Of a DNA stretch of 64,000 nucleotides, positions 10,398 through 20,074 are shown piece by piece. The position numbers were made by a program, and so were the translations under genes. The stretch is from Candidatus Lutacidiplasmatales archaeon (GTDB lineage Archaea > Thermoplasmatota > Thermoplasmata > Lutacidiplasmatales > UBA184), in assembly GCA_044451945.1 (NCBI GenBank), contig JBIOKR010000005.1:4573-68572 (forward strand), given 5' to 3'. The notes beneath the pieces were generated by a model. It made no database searches. It saw only the letters and a list, made by a program, of their open reading frames with translations, and was not told the DNA's origin. How positions within the stretch are numbered: position 1 is the first letter of the stretch; each line of letters starts with the position of its first letter.

Positions 10398-12962
10398 ATG
10401 GACGACTCGGAGTACGACCTACCGTTCTTCCATCGCCAACCGTTCACGCGCGGCACCTGCGAGGCCTGCGGCCACGCATTCTGGTCGCTCGGCGAGCACT
10501 CCCGTTGCCAGGAGTCTCCCTGCACCCCGTACGGCTTTCTCGGAAAGCCCGGCTTCAAACGGGCCCGCACGCCCTCCGAAATGCGGGAGGAGTATCTCTC
10601 CTTCTTCGAGCACCGCGGCCACACCCGGCTGAGGCGCTACCCCACCGTCGCACGCTGGCGAAATGATGTGTTCTTCACGCAGGCGAGCATCTACGACTTC
10701 CAGCCGTGGGTGACGAGCGGGGCGATCCCCCCCCCGGCGAACCCGCTGACCATCAGCCAGCCGTGCCTTCGGTTCATCGACCTCGACGAGGTCGGCGTGA
10801 GCGGGCGGCACTTCACGGTCTTCGAGATGATGGCCCATCACGCATTCAACCGGCCGGACCACGAGGTTTACTTCAAGGACAGGACCCTCGAGCTCTGCCA
10901 TGAGCTTCTGACGAGCGAGCTCGGCGCCGACCCAAGGGCGATCACCTACAAGGAGGAGGTCTGGGAGGGCGGGGGCAACCTTGGCCCTTCGATCAGCGTC
11001 GGCACGCTCGGGCTCGAGCTCGCGACGCTCGTCTTCATGGAGTACGTCCGCGACGGGGAGAAGCTCGTACCGATGCCGCTCACCGTCGTCGACACCGGGT
11101 ACGGCCTCGAGAGGTTCACCTGGTTCTCCCAGGGCACGCGCACTGCCTACGAGGCTGTGTTCGGCTCCGCGTACGACGAGCTGAGGGCGACCTTCCCGGC
11201 GAAGGAGGCGACGATCGTCATCGACCACGCCCGGGCCCTCAATTTCCTCCTTACCGACGGCGTGGTCCCGTCCAACAGCAAGGCGGGGTACTTCTCGCGG
11301 CTTCTCTTGCGCCGCCTCATCCGGACCCTCTCCAAGGCGTCGGAGGCTCCCGAGCTCATCGCCGTCCTCGACCGCGTCGGCCGGGAGATCGCCCGCGACC
11401 ACCCGGAGATCGGCGAGCACCGCGACGACATGCACCGGGTGGTGGAGGCGGAGGTCGCTCGTTTCCAGGAGACGCTCACCCGCGGAAAGGGCTCTGTGCG
11501 TCGCCAGGAGGAACGATTGCTCCGTGAGGGCCGGAAGGTCTCGTCCGACGACCTGGTCGAATGGTACGACTCTTTGGGACTCCCTCCGGACCTCGCGGTC
11601 GAGGAGCTTTCGAACCCCCCTGCGGTGCCGGGCGACTTTTACGCCCAGGTTTCGAAGCGACACGAGAACGAGTCGCCGACGACCGACTACGTCGAGCCGA
11701 CGCTGGTGCTTCCGGCGGTCCCGGCCAGCGTCCCGCCGACCGAGGTCCTCTACTACCGGGACCCGTACACCCTGACGTTCGAATCGCACGTCGTCTTCTC
11801 GGAGGGCCCGTTCGTCGTCCTGGACCGGACGTACTTCTACCCCACCGGCGGCGGCCAGATCACGGACACCGGCGAGCTGGGCGGGGTTCCGGTGGTCGAG
11901 GTCCTCCGCAAGGGCCCCCACGTCCTTCACCGCCTCGAGCGAGCCTCGACGGCGGCCGTCGGAACGCGGCTGCACGGCAAGGTCGATCAGCCGCGCCGTC
12001 TGCAGCTGATGCAGCACCATACCGCGACCCATCTCCTCAACGGCGCGCTGCGCGAGGTGCTCGGACCGCACGTCTGGCAGGCCGGCGCCTACAAGGGGAC
12101 AGAGCTCGCCCGGATCGACGTGACGCACTTCCGCGCCCTCCTGCCGGAAGAACAGCGCCGCGTCGAGCGGCGCGTCCACCAGGTGATCCGCGAGGACCGT
12201 CCGGTCAAGAGCTACTTCGAGGCCCGGGGGGAGGCGGAGCGACGCTTCGGGTTCACGCTCTATCAGGGCGGGGCCGTGCCCGGAAAGGAGCTACGGATCG
12301 TCGAGGTCGAAGGGTTCGACACCGAGGCGTGCGGCGGTACGCACTGCACGCACACGAGCGAGGTCGGTCTCGTTCTCCTCCTCGGCACCGAGCGGATCCA
12401 GGATGGGGTCGTGCGCCTGACGTACGCCGCCGGAGAACGGGCGCTCGACCTCCTCGAGGCGCACGAGCGCTCCCTCTCCGATAGCGCCCGGAAACTCGGG
12501 GTCCCTATCGACCGACTCTCCGAGGGGATCGACCGGCTTCTCGAGGAGCGCGAGGAGAGCCGCAAAGCTCACCGCGCCGGAGAGAAGGAGGATATCGCCG
12601 CGATCGCCCAGAAGCTGCTCGCCGACCCCGCCGCCGCACGGGCCGCCGGCGAGGTCCGGGTCATCTTCGGGTCGTTCCCGCTCGACCGGGCCCAGCTCAT
12701 GGAGCTCTCACGGATCCTCACCAAGCCCCCGAATACGGTCGCCGTTCTCGCCGGCGAGCGGGAGGGGAAAGGGTACCTGTTCGCCGGCTCCACCGCCCCC
12801 ACCGTCTCGGCCGCCTCGGTGCTCGGCGCCGCGAAGGCCGCCTTCGGGGGGAAGGGGGGCGGGAACCCGTCGTCCGCCACCGCGGAAGGGGAGCCGGGGA
12901 CCCCGCTCGCCGAGGCGCTTAGGCTCGCCCGGGAAAAAGCGCTCTCGCTGGCCGGTGGCTGA
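10398..12962 (+). CDS. alaS: Alanine--tRNA ligase (archaeal type)
   Basis: N-terminal CxxC, YPTVARWR, ISQPCLRF, GRHFTVFEMMAHH, editing motifs HHTATH and ACGGTH. TTTTTCAT lies about 26 nt upstream of the ATG. Confidence 0.97.
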   Translation: MDDSEYDLPFFHRQPFTRGTCEACGHAFWSLGEHSRCQESPCTPYGFLGKPGFKRARTPSEMREEYLSFFEHRGHTRLRRYPTVARWRNDVFFTQASIYDFQPWVTSGAIPPPANPLTISQPCLRFIDLDEVGVSGRHFTVFEMMAHHAFNRPDHEVYFKDRTLELCHELLTSELGADPRAITYKEEVWEGGGNLGPSISVGTLGLELATLVFMEYVRDGEKLVPMPLTVVDTGYGLERFTWFSQGTRTAYEAVFGSAYDELRATFPAKEATIVIDHARALNFLLTDGVVPSNSKAGYFSRLLLRRLIRTLSKASEAPELIAVLDRVGREIARDHPEIGEHRDDMHRVVEAEVARFQETLTRGKGSVRRQEERLLREGRKVSSDDLVEWYDSLGLPPDLAVEELSNPPAVPGDFYAQVSKRHENESPTTDYVEPTLVLPAVPASVPPTEVLYYRDPYTLTFESHVVFSEGPFVVLDRTYFYPTGGGQITDTGELGGVPVVEVLRKGPHVLHRLERASTAAVGTRLHGKVDQPRRLQLMQHHTATHLLNGALREVLGPHVWQAGAYKGTELARIDVTHFRALLPEEQRRVERRVHQVIREDRPVKSYFEARGEAERRFGFTLYQGGAVPGKELRIVEVEGFDTEACGGTHCTHTSEVGLVLLLGTERIQDGVVRLTYAAGERALDLLEAHERSLSDSARKLGVPIDRLSEGIDRLLEEREESRKAHRAGEKEDIAAIAQKLLADPAAARAAGEVRVIFGSFPLDRAQLMELSRILTKPPNTVAVLAGEREGKGYLFAGSTAPTVSAASVLGAAKAAFGGKGGGNPSSATAEGEPGTPLAEALRLAREKALSLAGG

Positions 12963-13090
12963 GTCCAGCATGGGAACAACCGAGCCGGCGGGTAGAAAGG
13001 TTTACCTTCCCCTTCCCGCAATTGGAAGCGTCGGTAGCGTCTCATGAGGCAGCTTATCCCCGTACCACGAGCCGCCGAGGGGTGGACCTG

Positions 13091-14635
13091 ATGGCGGAGA
13101 ACAACGGCGGCAGCTCGGTCGGCGGCGTACCGCTCGAGGTCATCGATTTCCTCTCGGCCAAGGGCGGCCGTTCGCTGATCGTCAAGGGCGGCGCCGGCAC
13201 CGGGAAGACGACCTTCGGACTCGAGCTGCTCGAACGGATCGGAAAGCCGGCCCAATCGTACTACCTCTCCACCCGCGTCGGGGACGAGGCGCTCTACCGA
13301 CAGTTCCCGTGGCTGAAGGCGACGGAGATGCGCGCGCGCATCCTGGATGCCGGAAAGCTGTTCCTCGAGGCCGTCAGCGCCCAGGGGAAGGGGACGACCC
13401 CGGAGATGCCGGAGTCCGAGCAGAAGAAGGTCCGCGCCGCCCGGGAGGTCATGCGCACCTTCAGCGAGGACCGGGGCGCGCCGAGCCGCGTCGACCGGAC
13501 CCACCTCACGGCGCTCTTGAAGCGCAACCCGATGCCCGAGGTCGAGAACGTCTACAACCGCGTCGAGCGGGCGCTCCCGGAGAAGTCGCTGCTCGTCATC
13601 GACTCCCTCGAGGGAATCACCCACAAGTACGGTCTCGAGATGGAAGAGTTCGTCATGGCGCTCCAGAAGGACCTCGTGGAGGCGTCCAGCGCCAACGTCG
13701 TGATGATCCTCGAAAAACCCGAGGCGGGCGGCATCGAGTACCTCGTCGACGGCCTCATCTCGATCCAGCGCGAGGAGCTCGACGAGCGGCGGGTCCGTCA
13801 CCTCAGGCTCGAGAAGCTTCGCGCGACGAACATCACCCGCCCGCGCTACGCGGTAACGCTGAACGGCGGACGGTTCGAGGCGCTCGGGACGTCCAACGGG
13901 CATGCGACGCCGGCCCAGACGATGTGGAAGGCGTCGGCGGACCCGGAGCGGTACTACTCGACCGGCATCGCGGACTTTGATGCGCTCCTGGGCGGCGGCT
14001 TCCGCCGGGGAAGCTTCAACGCCTTCGAGGTCGACGTCAACGTCGGGATCGACGACTACTACATGCTGTTCACGCCGACGTTCCTCAACTTCCTGTCCCA
14101 GTCGCGCGGGATCATCGCGGTCCTGGCGGCGGGCGAGTCGCACGAGAAGCTCCGGGAGACGCTCACGCGCCACACGTCGCCCAACGTCTTCGACACGCGC
14201 GTGCGGATCGCCGACTACACCGCGAACGAGACCGAGGAGAGCTACATCGTGCCGATGGCTCGCTTCGGACGCGACGAGGCGCTTCGCGCCATGACGACCG
14301 CCGAAAAGGCCGCGCGCGGACCCGAGCAGAAGCCGTTCCTCGAGTACACCGCCTTCGACACGCTCGAGAGCCTGATGGGCGACCAGGTCGCGATTCGGAT
14401 GTACTTCCACGGGGTCCAGCGCACGAAGCTCGTGGGGAACCTCGGGATCGGGCTCCTGAAGCCGGGGCTTCTCGTCTCGAGCGAGATCCTCAACATGATG
14501 GACACGTACTTCCGTATCATCAACATCGACAACGCCCCGTGCATCTACGGGATACGGCCGCGCACGACCATCTACTCAATCTCCACCGATACCGAGGCGG
14601 GATCCCCCCACGCCAAGCTGACCCCGATCGTCTAG
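13091..14635 (+). CDS. GvpD/KaiC-like tandem RecA-fold ATPase
   Basis: Walker A GGAGTGKT, Walker B LVIDS, EYLVDG and LEKLRA. The second domain starts YYSTGIADFDALLGGG and has a degenerate P-loop. Confidence 0.8.
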   Translation: MAENNGGSSVGGVPLEVIDFLSAKGGRSLIVKGGAGTGKTTFGLELLERIGKPAQSYYLSTRVGDEALYRQFPWLKATEMRARILDAGKLFLEAVSAQGKGTTPEMPESEQKKVRAAREVMRTFSEDRGAPSRVDRTHLTALLKRNPMPEVENVYNRVERALPEKSLLVIDSLEGITHKYGLEMEEFVMALQKDLVEASSANVVMILEKPEAGGIEYLVDGLISIQREELDERRVRHLRLEKLRATNITRPRYAVTLNGGRFEALGTSNGHATPAQTMWKASADPERYYSTGIADFDALLGGGFRRGSFNAFEVDVNVGIDDYYMLFTPTFLNFLSQSRGIIAVLAAGESHEKLRETLTRHTSPNVFDTRVRIADYTANETEESYIVPMARFGRDEALRAMTTAEKAARGPEQKPFLEYTAFDTLESLMGDQVAIRMYFHGVQRTKLVGNLGIGLLKPGLLVSSEILNMMDTYFRIINIDNAPCIYGIRPRTTIYSISTDTEAGSPHAKLTPIV

Positions 14636-14643
14636 GGGCCCTT

Positions 14644-15306
14644 CTAAGGCGACCAGTTCGGTAGGCCCGGGAAAAGGAACAGCATCGCGGCGGCGAAGAG
14701 GGCGGGCGCGATCGTCATCGCCAGATCGTCGTCCAGCCGGCCCATCCGCGGCCCTTCGGCGAGGATCGCCACGACCGCCGCAGGGACGGCAAGCACGATC
14801 GCCCCGGGGGCGCTGAACCTTCCGACGAACAGGAGGGCAGCGAACGCGATGGCGCCGTACGCCGCCAGGGGGAGGGCCGGATAGGCGGGACGCCAGCGAG
14901 CGGAGCGCCTCATCTCGCCGATCACCGGGTCGAGGAAGGCCGCCCCGATGACCGCGAAGGTCGCCACCGGCCGGTCGAACAGCACGACGGTCGCCACGAG
15001 CGCGATCGCGTAGAACGCAAAGCTCGCCACCTTGTCACGTTCGCGCGGGAGGACCGTGGGGATCTCGAGATGGGCGACATGCCTCAATCCCTCCAGGGAT
15101 AGCACGACGGCGAGGGCCGCGAACAGCACCACCTCATTCGAGACGACCCGGAAGAACCCCACGGGCAGTAGAAAGTAGACGAGCACCAGCGCCCCGGCGC
15201 AGTGCATCAGTCGGCGCCAGAGCCGGTCCCCGAGCTCAGGGTCCCCGGCGAGGTGCTCGCCGAGCCACCGGCGATAGCGGCCCCCCGTGTGCAAACGCGC
15301 CGGCAT
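14644..15306 (-). CDS. Dolichol kinase / polyprenol kinase-like membrane protein
   Basis: RRLMH motif, multiple TM helices, DPVIGE and DDDLAM. Confidence 0.7.
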   Translation of the reverse strand: MPARLHTGGRYRRWLGEHLAGDPELGDRLWRRLMHCAGALVLVYFLLPVGFFRVVSNEVVLFAALAVVLSLEGLRHVAHLEIPTVLPRERDKVASFAFYAIALVATVVLFDRPVATFAVIGAAFLDPVIGEMRRSARWRPAYPALPLAAYGAIAFAALLFVGRFSAPGAIVLAVPAAVVAILAEGPRMGRLDDDLAMTIAPALFAAAMLFLFPGLPNWSP

Positions 15307-15448
15307 GGAGGTTCGGTGCGGCCCTATCGGCTATCTCGCTTTCGATGTCCACAGGAGGTCGCTCCTCGTCCCCTCGGAGGTCGTTCCGAGGGACCGACGG
15401 GATCGGCGGAGACGAAGCCAGTCGGCGGCGGGTCGGGACGTGGGCCGA

Positions 15449-16192
15449 TCAGGGCGACTTGCGGGTCCCCGGATCCGGCCGCCTCAGAAGTCTCTCCTCC
15501 TCCAGGGGTGGGGCGAAGAGAAACGCAACGGACCACGCGACGAGGACCGCGGTCAGCGTGAGGAGCACCGGAAGCATGACGATCCACGACAGGCCGAATA
15601 CGGCGTGGGTCCCCGAACTGTTGCCGACGGGGCCCTGGTCGATCGTCGAACCGCTGAGGGCGAACGGACCCGCCATGCGCGCGTCGGCAGAAGTTCCCGT
15701 CCAGGAGACCCAGTGGGTGATCTCCCGGCCGGAAACCCAGCTGTCCCATCGGACCGTGACGCTCGCGAACCACGGAGCAATCCCGGTTCCACCCGAGACC
15801 GCGAGGCTGAAGTTCTGTGGCCCGTGGGCCGCCGTGAGCTCCAAGAACTCCGGCGAGAGGAGAACCGCCCCGATCATCTCGAGGAGCGGCGAGCTCGCCC
15901 TGTCTCGAGGGGATGGGGCGACGACCGGATGTGCCGCGGGTAACGGGGCCGGACGAGCCAGGTGGGGGAATCCGAACGCAAGAACCTCGTAGGATGCCCC
16001 GGAATCGGGGAGCGGGGTCCGAAGGTAGGTGGAGCCCCCAGAATGGGAGAGCGTCGTCCCTTGGATGGACGCGACGCGGGCGTGCGAAGGACTCCCGGAA
16101 AGCCCGGAGAGGCATCCGCCGACCGTGAGTAGAAAGACGATGAGGATGGGAACTCCGAGAAAGGGCCCGGGCTGTTCGATAGTGAACCGCAT
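15449..16192 (-). CDS. Hypothetical membrane protein
   Basis: N-terminal hydrophobic GVPILIVFLLTVGG and C-terminal TM WIVMLPVLLTLTAVLVAWSVAFLF. Confidence 0.55.
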   Translation of the reverse strand: MRFTIEQPGPFLGVPILIVFLLTVGGCLSGLSGSPSHARVASIQGTTLSHSGGSTYLRTPLPDSGASYEVLAFGFPHLARPAPLPAAHPVVAPSPRDRASSPLLEMIGAVLLSPEFLELTAAHGPQNFSLAVSGGTGIAPWFASVTVRWDSWVSGREITHWVSWTGTSADARMAGPFALSGSTIDQGPVGNSSGTHAVFGLSWIVMLPVLLTLTAVLVAWSVAFLFAPPLEEERLLRRPDPGTRKSP

Positions 16193-16399
16193 GGTCTCGC
16201 GCCATCTCCCCGACGGTCGGGCGTCCGTCCCGTCAGGGAGAGATTGCCCGGGAGGAGGTATTTGGAGCCATCTTTCGACGCGACCTCGCACCGCCGGAAA
16301 CCCCGGAGGGCGCGCTCGATGGTGGACACGCGGTGCGCGCCCCGCTTCGACCGCCCCCGGGGAAGAGCTTTTTGCGGCGGGCCGCTGAGTCGCGACGCC

Positions 16400-16855
16400 G
16401 TGAAGGTCACCGTCCTGGTCGGCAGCCGCTCGGACCTCGAGATCGCGGAGAAGGTGCGCGCTCGCCTCGAGGCTTTCCATGTCCCGTGCGAAGTGCACGT
16501 CGCCTCGGCCCACCGGACCCCCGAGAAGGTCGACCGGCTCGCCCAGGACTCGGAGACGGACGTCTTCATCGCGATGGCCGGCCTCTCCGCCGCGCTTCCC
16601 GGAAGCGTCGCCGCGCGCACCCTCCGACCGGTCATCGGCGTGCCGCTCGGCCGCGGCCTCGGTCTCGATAGCCTGCTCTCGGTCGTCCAGATGCCGCCCG
16701 GGATCCCGGTGGCGGCCGTGGGCCTGGACGCCAGCGAGAATGCGGCGGTCCTCGCCGTGCACATTCTCTCGCTCAAGTACCCCGAGCTCACGAAGGAGCT
16801 CGAGAAGTACCGCGCCAAGTGGCGCGAGGAGCCCACCGGCGGGAGCCCGAAGTGA
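16400..16855 (+). CDS. purE: N5-carboxyaminoimidazole ribonucleotide mutase
   Basis: Motifs GSRSD, SAHRTP, AGLSAALPG, PVIGVP and SVVQMPPGIPVA. Confidence 0.95.
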   Translation: MKVTVLVGSRSDLEIAEKVRARLEAFHVPCEVHVASAHRTPEKVDRLAQDSETDVFIAMAGLSAALPGSVAARTLRPVIGVPLGRGLGLDSLLSVVQMPPGIPVAAVGLDASENAAVLAVHILSLKYPELTKELEKYRAKWREEPTGGSPK

Positions 16856-17799
16856 AGGACCCGGCCGCGTTCCACAAGGATGCGGTCGCGGCGCTCCGGG
16901 CCGCCGTTCCTGGAAGAGCGATCGTCGCCGCGAGCGGCGGGATCGACTCGACGGTCGCGGCGGTGCTGGTGCAGGAAGCGCTTGGAGACCGGGCCCGCGC
17001 CTTGTTCGTCGACACGGGTCTCCTGCGCGAGGGAGAGGTCGAGCTCGTCGCCGATTTCTTCCGACAGAGTGGGCTACGCCACGAACTCCTGCGGGCGGAG
17101 GGGCCGTTCCTCACCCGGCTCGAGGGGGTCACCGACCCGGAGGAGAAGCGGCGGCGCATCGGGGAGACGTTCATCCGGATCTTCGAGGAGGAGGCCGCCC
17201 GCTCCGGGGCCGACTGCCTCGTCCAGGGGACGATCGCGCCGGACTGGATCGAGAGCGGCGGGTCGCTGCGCGACACGATCAAGACGCACCACAACGTCGG
17301 CGGGATCCCGAAGGACAGCCGGCTGCGCATCATCGAGCCGCTGAGGGATCTCTACAAGGACGAGGTCCGGGCCCTCGCCGAACACCTCGGCGTGCCCCGA
17401 CCCGAGCGCCAGCCATTCCCGGGTCCGGGCCTCGGGGTCCGGGTCATCGGAGCGATCACTCGGGAGAGGCTCGCGGTCGCGCGACGTGCGAACGCGATCG
17501 TCGAGCAGGAGGTCGACCGGGCCATCGCCGGGGGAACCATGCGAAGGCCCTGGCAGTACTTCGCCGTCCTATTGCCGGTGCGGACGGTCGGTGTCACCGG
17601 CGACAGCCGTGTCTACGGCGAAGCGGTGAGCGTCAGGATCGTCGAGTCGGTCGATGCGATGACGGCGACCGCCCTCGCCCCGCCCGCCGAGGTCGTTCGC
17701 ACGATCGCCGAGCGGATCACGCGGGACCTCTCCGGGAAGGTCGCCCGGGTCCTGCTGGACGTCACCGACAAACCGCCGGCGACCATCGAGTGGGAGTGA
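16852..17799 (+). CDS. guaAB: GMP synthase, ATP pyrophosphatase subunit (B)
   Basis: Motifs SGGIDS, DPEEKR, QGTIAPDWIES, IKTHHNV, RQPFPGPGL and KPPATIEWE. No glutaminase domain. GTGA overlap with purE. Confidence 0.93.
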   Translation: MKDPAAFHKDAVAALRAAVPGRAIVAASGGIDSTVAAVLVQEALGDRARALFVDTGLLREGEVELVADFFRQSGLRHELLRAEGPFLTRLEGVTDPEEKRRRIGETFIRIFEEEAARSGADCLVQGTIAPDWIESGGSLRDTIKTHHNVGGIPKDSRLRIIEPLRDLYKDEVRALAEHLGVPRPERQPFPGPGLGVRVIGAITRERLAVARRANAIVEQEVDRAIAGGTMRRPWQYFAVLLPVRTVGVTGDSRVYGEAVSVRIVESVDAMTATALAPPAEVVRTIAERITRDLSGKVARVLLDVTDKPPATIEWE

Positions 17800-17864
17800 C
17801 GGCCCTGGGCCCGGGGGGAAGAACCTATGTTGGCGCGGCGGTCGGCGCCGGCCGAGGCGACCGT

Positions 17865-18089
17865 TTGACCCCCGCCAAGCCCGCGACCAAGCCGCGGACG
17901 ATCCACGTCCCGGAAGAGGTCGCTGCCGGGCTCGAGAAGCGCATGCAGGGGAGCGCCTTCCCCGACCTGGACGCCTTCGTCGGATTCATCCTCGCGCGTC
18001 TCCTCGAGGACCCTTCGGAGACGCCGTTCTCCGCCGAGGAAGAGATCCGGTTGAAGGAACGGCTCCGCTCGCTCGGATACATCGACTGA
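17865..18089 (+). CDS. Small CopG/ribbon-helix-helix-like protein
   Basis: RTIHVPEEVAAGLEKR...LDAFVGFILARLL, with C-terminus EEEIRLKERLRSLGYID. TTG start inferred. Confidence 0.7.
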   Translation: MTPAKPATKPRTIHVPEEVAAGLEKRMQGSAFPDLDAFVGFILARLLEDPSETPFSAEEEIRLKERLRSLGYID

Positions 18090-18330
18090 CGCGGCCGCGC
18101 GCCTTTCCTCCCGCAGATCACTCTCCCCGAGGGGGGTCGTCTCCCTCGTCGGGCGTCGGCCCAAGGCGAGCGGCTCCCGGTGGGCCGGCCGGAGTGCCGG
18201 TTCCTCCTAGGAAACGGGGGATGTCGGTACCGACCAGCCGCTTGAGTTCGGGTTTCTCCCGGCGGCGTTCGCTCGGCCATTAGTCCCGGGAGACCCGTCC
18301 TTGCTTCGGTGAATCCCCTTGGGGGAAAAA

Positions 18331-18675
18331 ATGTGGAACCTGGGACTGGTAGCGCCGATGGTGGAAAGGAGATCCGGCTACGGGATCGCGGTCGACGAGT
18401 TCGCTCGACTCGAGTTCCCCGGGGAGCCGATCGGGGGGGTCGACGCACGGCTGCGGCTCGGCCTCGAGCCGTTCGACGACTCGATGGACCGGCTGGGGCA
18501 GAGCGTGCGGCGGCGCGCCGCGAGCGTGCGACGGGCGTTGGGCGAGCTGTTCGGCGCGGTCGCCGGACCGCCGCTGGGGCCTCAGCGGCTTCTGACGGGT
18601 CTCTTCGCGAGGACCCGGCCGCTGACGGCGGTCCGCGCCGGGTCGATCGCCTCCCTCCCGATGGGGGTGCCCTGA
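18331..18675 (+). CDS. Hypothetical protein
   Basis: ORF coupled to the next gene by a TGATG overlap. No recognisable motif. Confidence 0.45.
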   Translation: MWNLGLVAPMVERRSGYGIAVDEFARLEFPGEPIGGVDARLRLGLEPFDDSMDRLGQSVRRRAASVRRALGELFGAVAGPPLGPQRLLTGLFARTRPLTAVRAGSIASLPMGVP

Positions 18676-18929
18676 TGACGACCCGCCCGAGGATCCAGGC
18701 GGAGCTGGACGGGGCGCTCGGAGCGTGGGATCTTCACATCCTTCGCTGCACCGAGTGCCTCTCCTACGGCACGCACTTCTGCCCGGAGGGCGAGTACGCC
18801 TCCGAGCGCGTGGCGGCCGTTCAGGCGGCGCTGCTGCGGTTCGATGAGAAGGCATCCCGTGCGGACGCCGGAAGGATCGTCCGGGCGACCGCCGGACGAC
18901 GCGGCTTCCGGCTCCCGCTCCCCGGGTAG
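18675..18929 (+). CDS. Small putative Zn-binding protein (His-Cys3)
   Basis: AWDLHILRCTECLSYGTHFCPEG; a paralogous motif occurs in 44868-45242. Confidence 0.65.
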   Translation: MTTRPRIQAELDGALGAWDLHILRCTECLSYGTHFCPEGEYASERVAAVQAALLRFDEKASRADAGRIVRATAGRRGFRLPLPG

Positions 18930-19102
18930 GCCCTACCTCGCCAGGCGAACCCATTCCGGTCGCAGCCCCGGCACGGTCCGGGGCTCCGACCTCCTGGGCG
19001 CTGGGCCGAAGGTTCCCTGGCGGTGCCGGCGACCCGGAGGCTGAAGGGCCGCGATGCCCGCAGGCTTTTCGCAAGGTCGCCTTACCGATCGAGGAGGGAC
19101 GA

Positions 19103-20059
19103 TTGGACGCGCTCGACTTTGCCATCTTCCGGTTCATGTCCCCCGGGGGCGAGGCGCGCTTCTGGGGGTCGCGGCGCCTCATCGACCCTCGGATCACCCC
19201 GAGAGAGATCGCCGAGCGGGTCGGCGTCAGCGTCAACGGGGTCCGCGCCCGTCTCGCGGCCCTTTCGACGGCGGGGTTCCTGAGGGGAAGCGAGGTCTGG
19301 CCGAACCCTTCGCTCTTCGGGGTGCGCCTCTCGACGGTCGAGATACCGGTCACCGATGCCTCCGAGGCGGCCGTCCTGCTCGACGACCTCGCCCTGGTCG
19401 ATGGCGTGACGTTCGCCCGGGACCTGCTGGACGAGAAGGACCGCAAGCTCAGGGTCTCCTTTGTGACGGACGGGACGGCGACCAGCGGGCGCCGAATGGC
19501 CCTTCTGCGTCGTCTCGCGCCCCGGGGGCTCCTGCGGGAGCCGGTCGGGTACTGGGTCCCGCCGTGCGAGGCCGAGCTCTCCCCCCTCGACTGGCGGGTG
19601 CTCCTTGCCCTTCGAAAGGCGCCGGACGACTCCCTGAGCCGGATCGCCGAAACCGTCGGGGTCACGCTGAAGACCGGGGCGCGCCGGTTCCACCGGCTCC
19701 TGGACCAACGGGCGTGCTGGTGGACCCACAGCGAGCGCTCGGAGGAGTTTCCGTTGGCGCTCGTCGCGGCGCATGTCGGGACGGCCGCCGAGCGGGAGGA
19801 GGTGGCCGGCGAACTCCCTCGACTGACGGAGAGTTGGATGCCCGTGGGCGCCGACGGGATGGGCGTCGAGCCCGGGGCCCGCGCGTTACCCGTCGTCGGC
19901 CTCGTCCCGGTGGGGACCCCGGTCCAGCTCGAACGGCTGGTGCGCCGCATCGCCGGATTGCCCGGCGTCAACCGCGTCGAACGTACGTTCGCCCTCGGTT
20001 CCCGCGGGTATCCCGGCTGGTTCGACCGGCGCCTCGAGGAGCGGACGAGGCCCCGATGA
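19103..20059 (+). CDS. Lrp/AsnC-like regulator with two winged-HTH domains
   Basis: DALDFAIFR...PREIAERVGVSVNGVRARL, and a second domain LSPLDWRVLLAL...LSRIAETVGVTLKT. Confidence 0.75.
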   Translation: MDALDFAIFRFMSPGGEARFWGSRRLIDPRITPREIAERVGVSVNGVRARLAALSTAGFLRGSEVWPNPSLFGVRLSTVEIPVTDASEAAVLLDDLALVDGVTFARDLLDEKDRKLRVSFVTDGTATSGRRMALLRRLAPRGLLREPVGYWVPPCEAELSPLDWRVLLALRKAPDDSLSRIAETVGVTLKTGARRFHRLLDQRACWWTHSERSEEFPLALVAAHVGTAAEREEVAGELPRLTESWMPVGADGMGVEPGARALPVVGLVPVGTPVQLERLVRRIAGLPGVNRVERTFALGSRGYPGWFDRRLEERTRPR

Positions 20060-20074
20060 AGACCGCTCCTTGGC

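Noticed and set aside
18121-18136. CCCCGAGGGGG hairpin also present near 45268
   Set aside because: Too short and low-complexity to call a repeat element.
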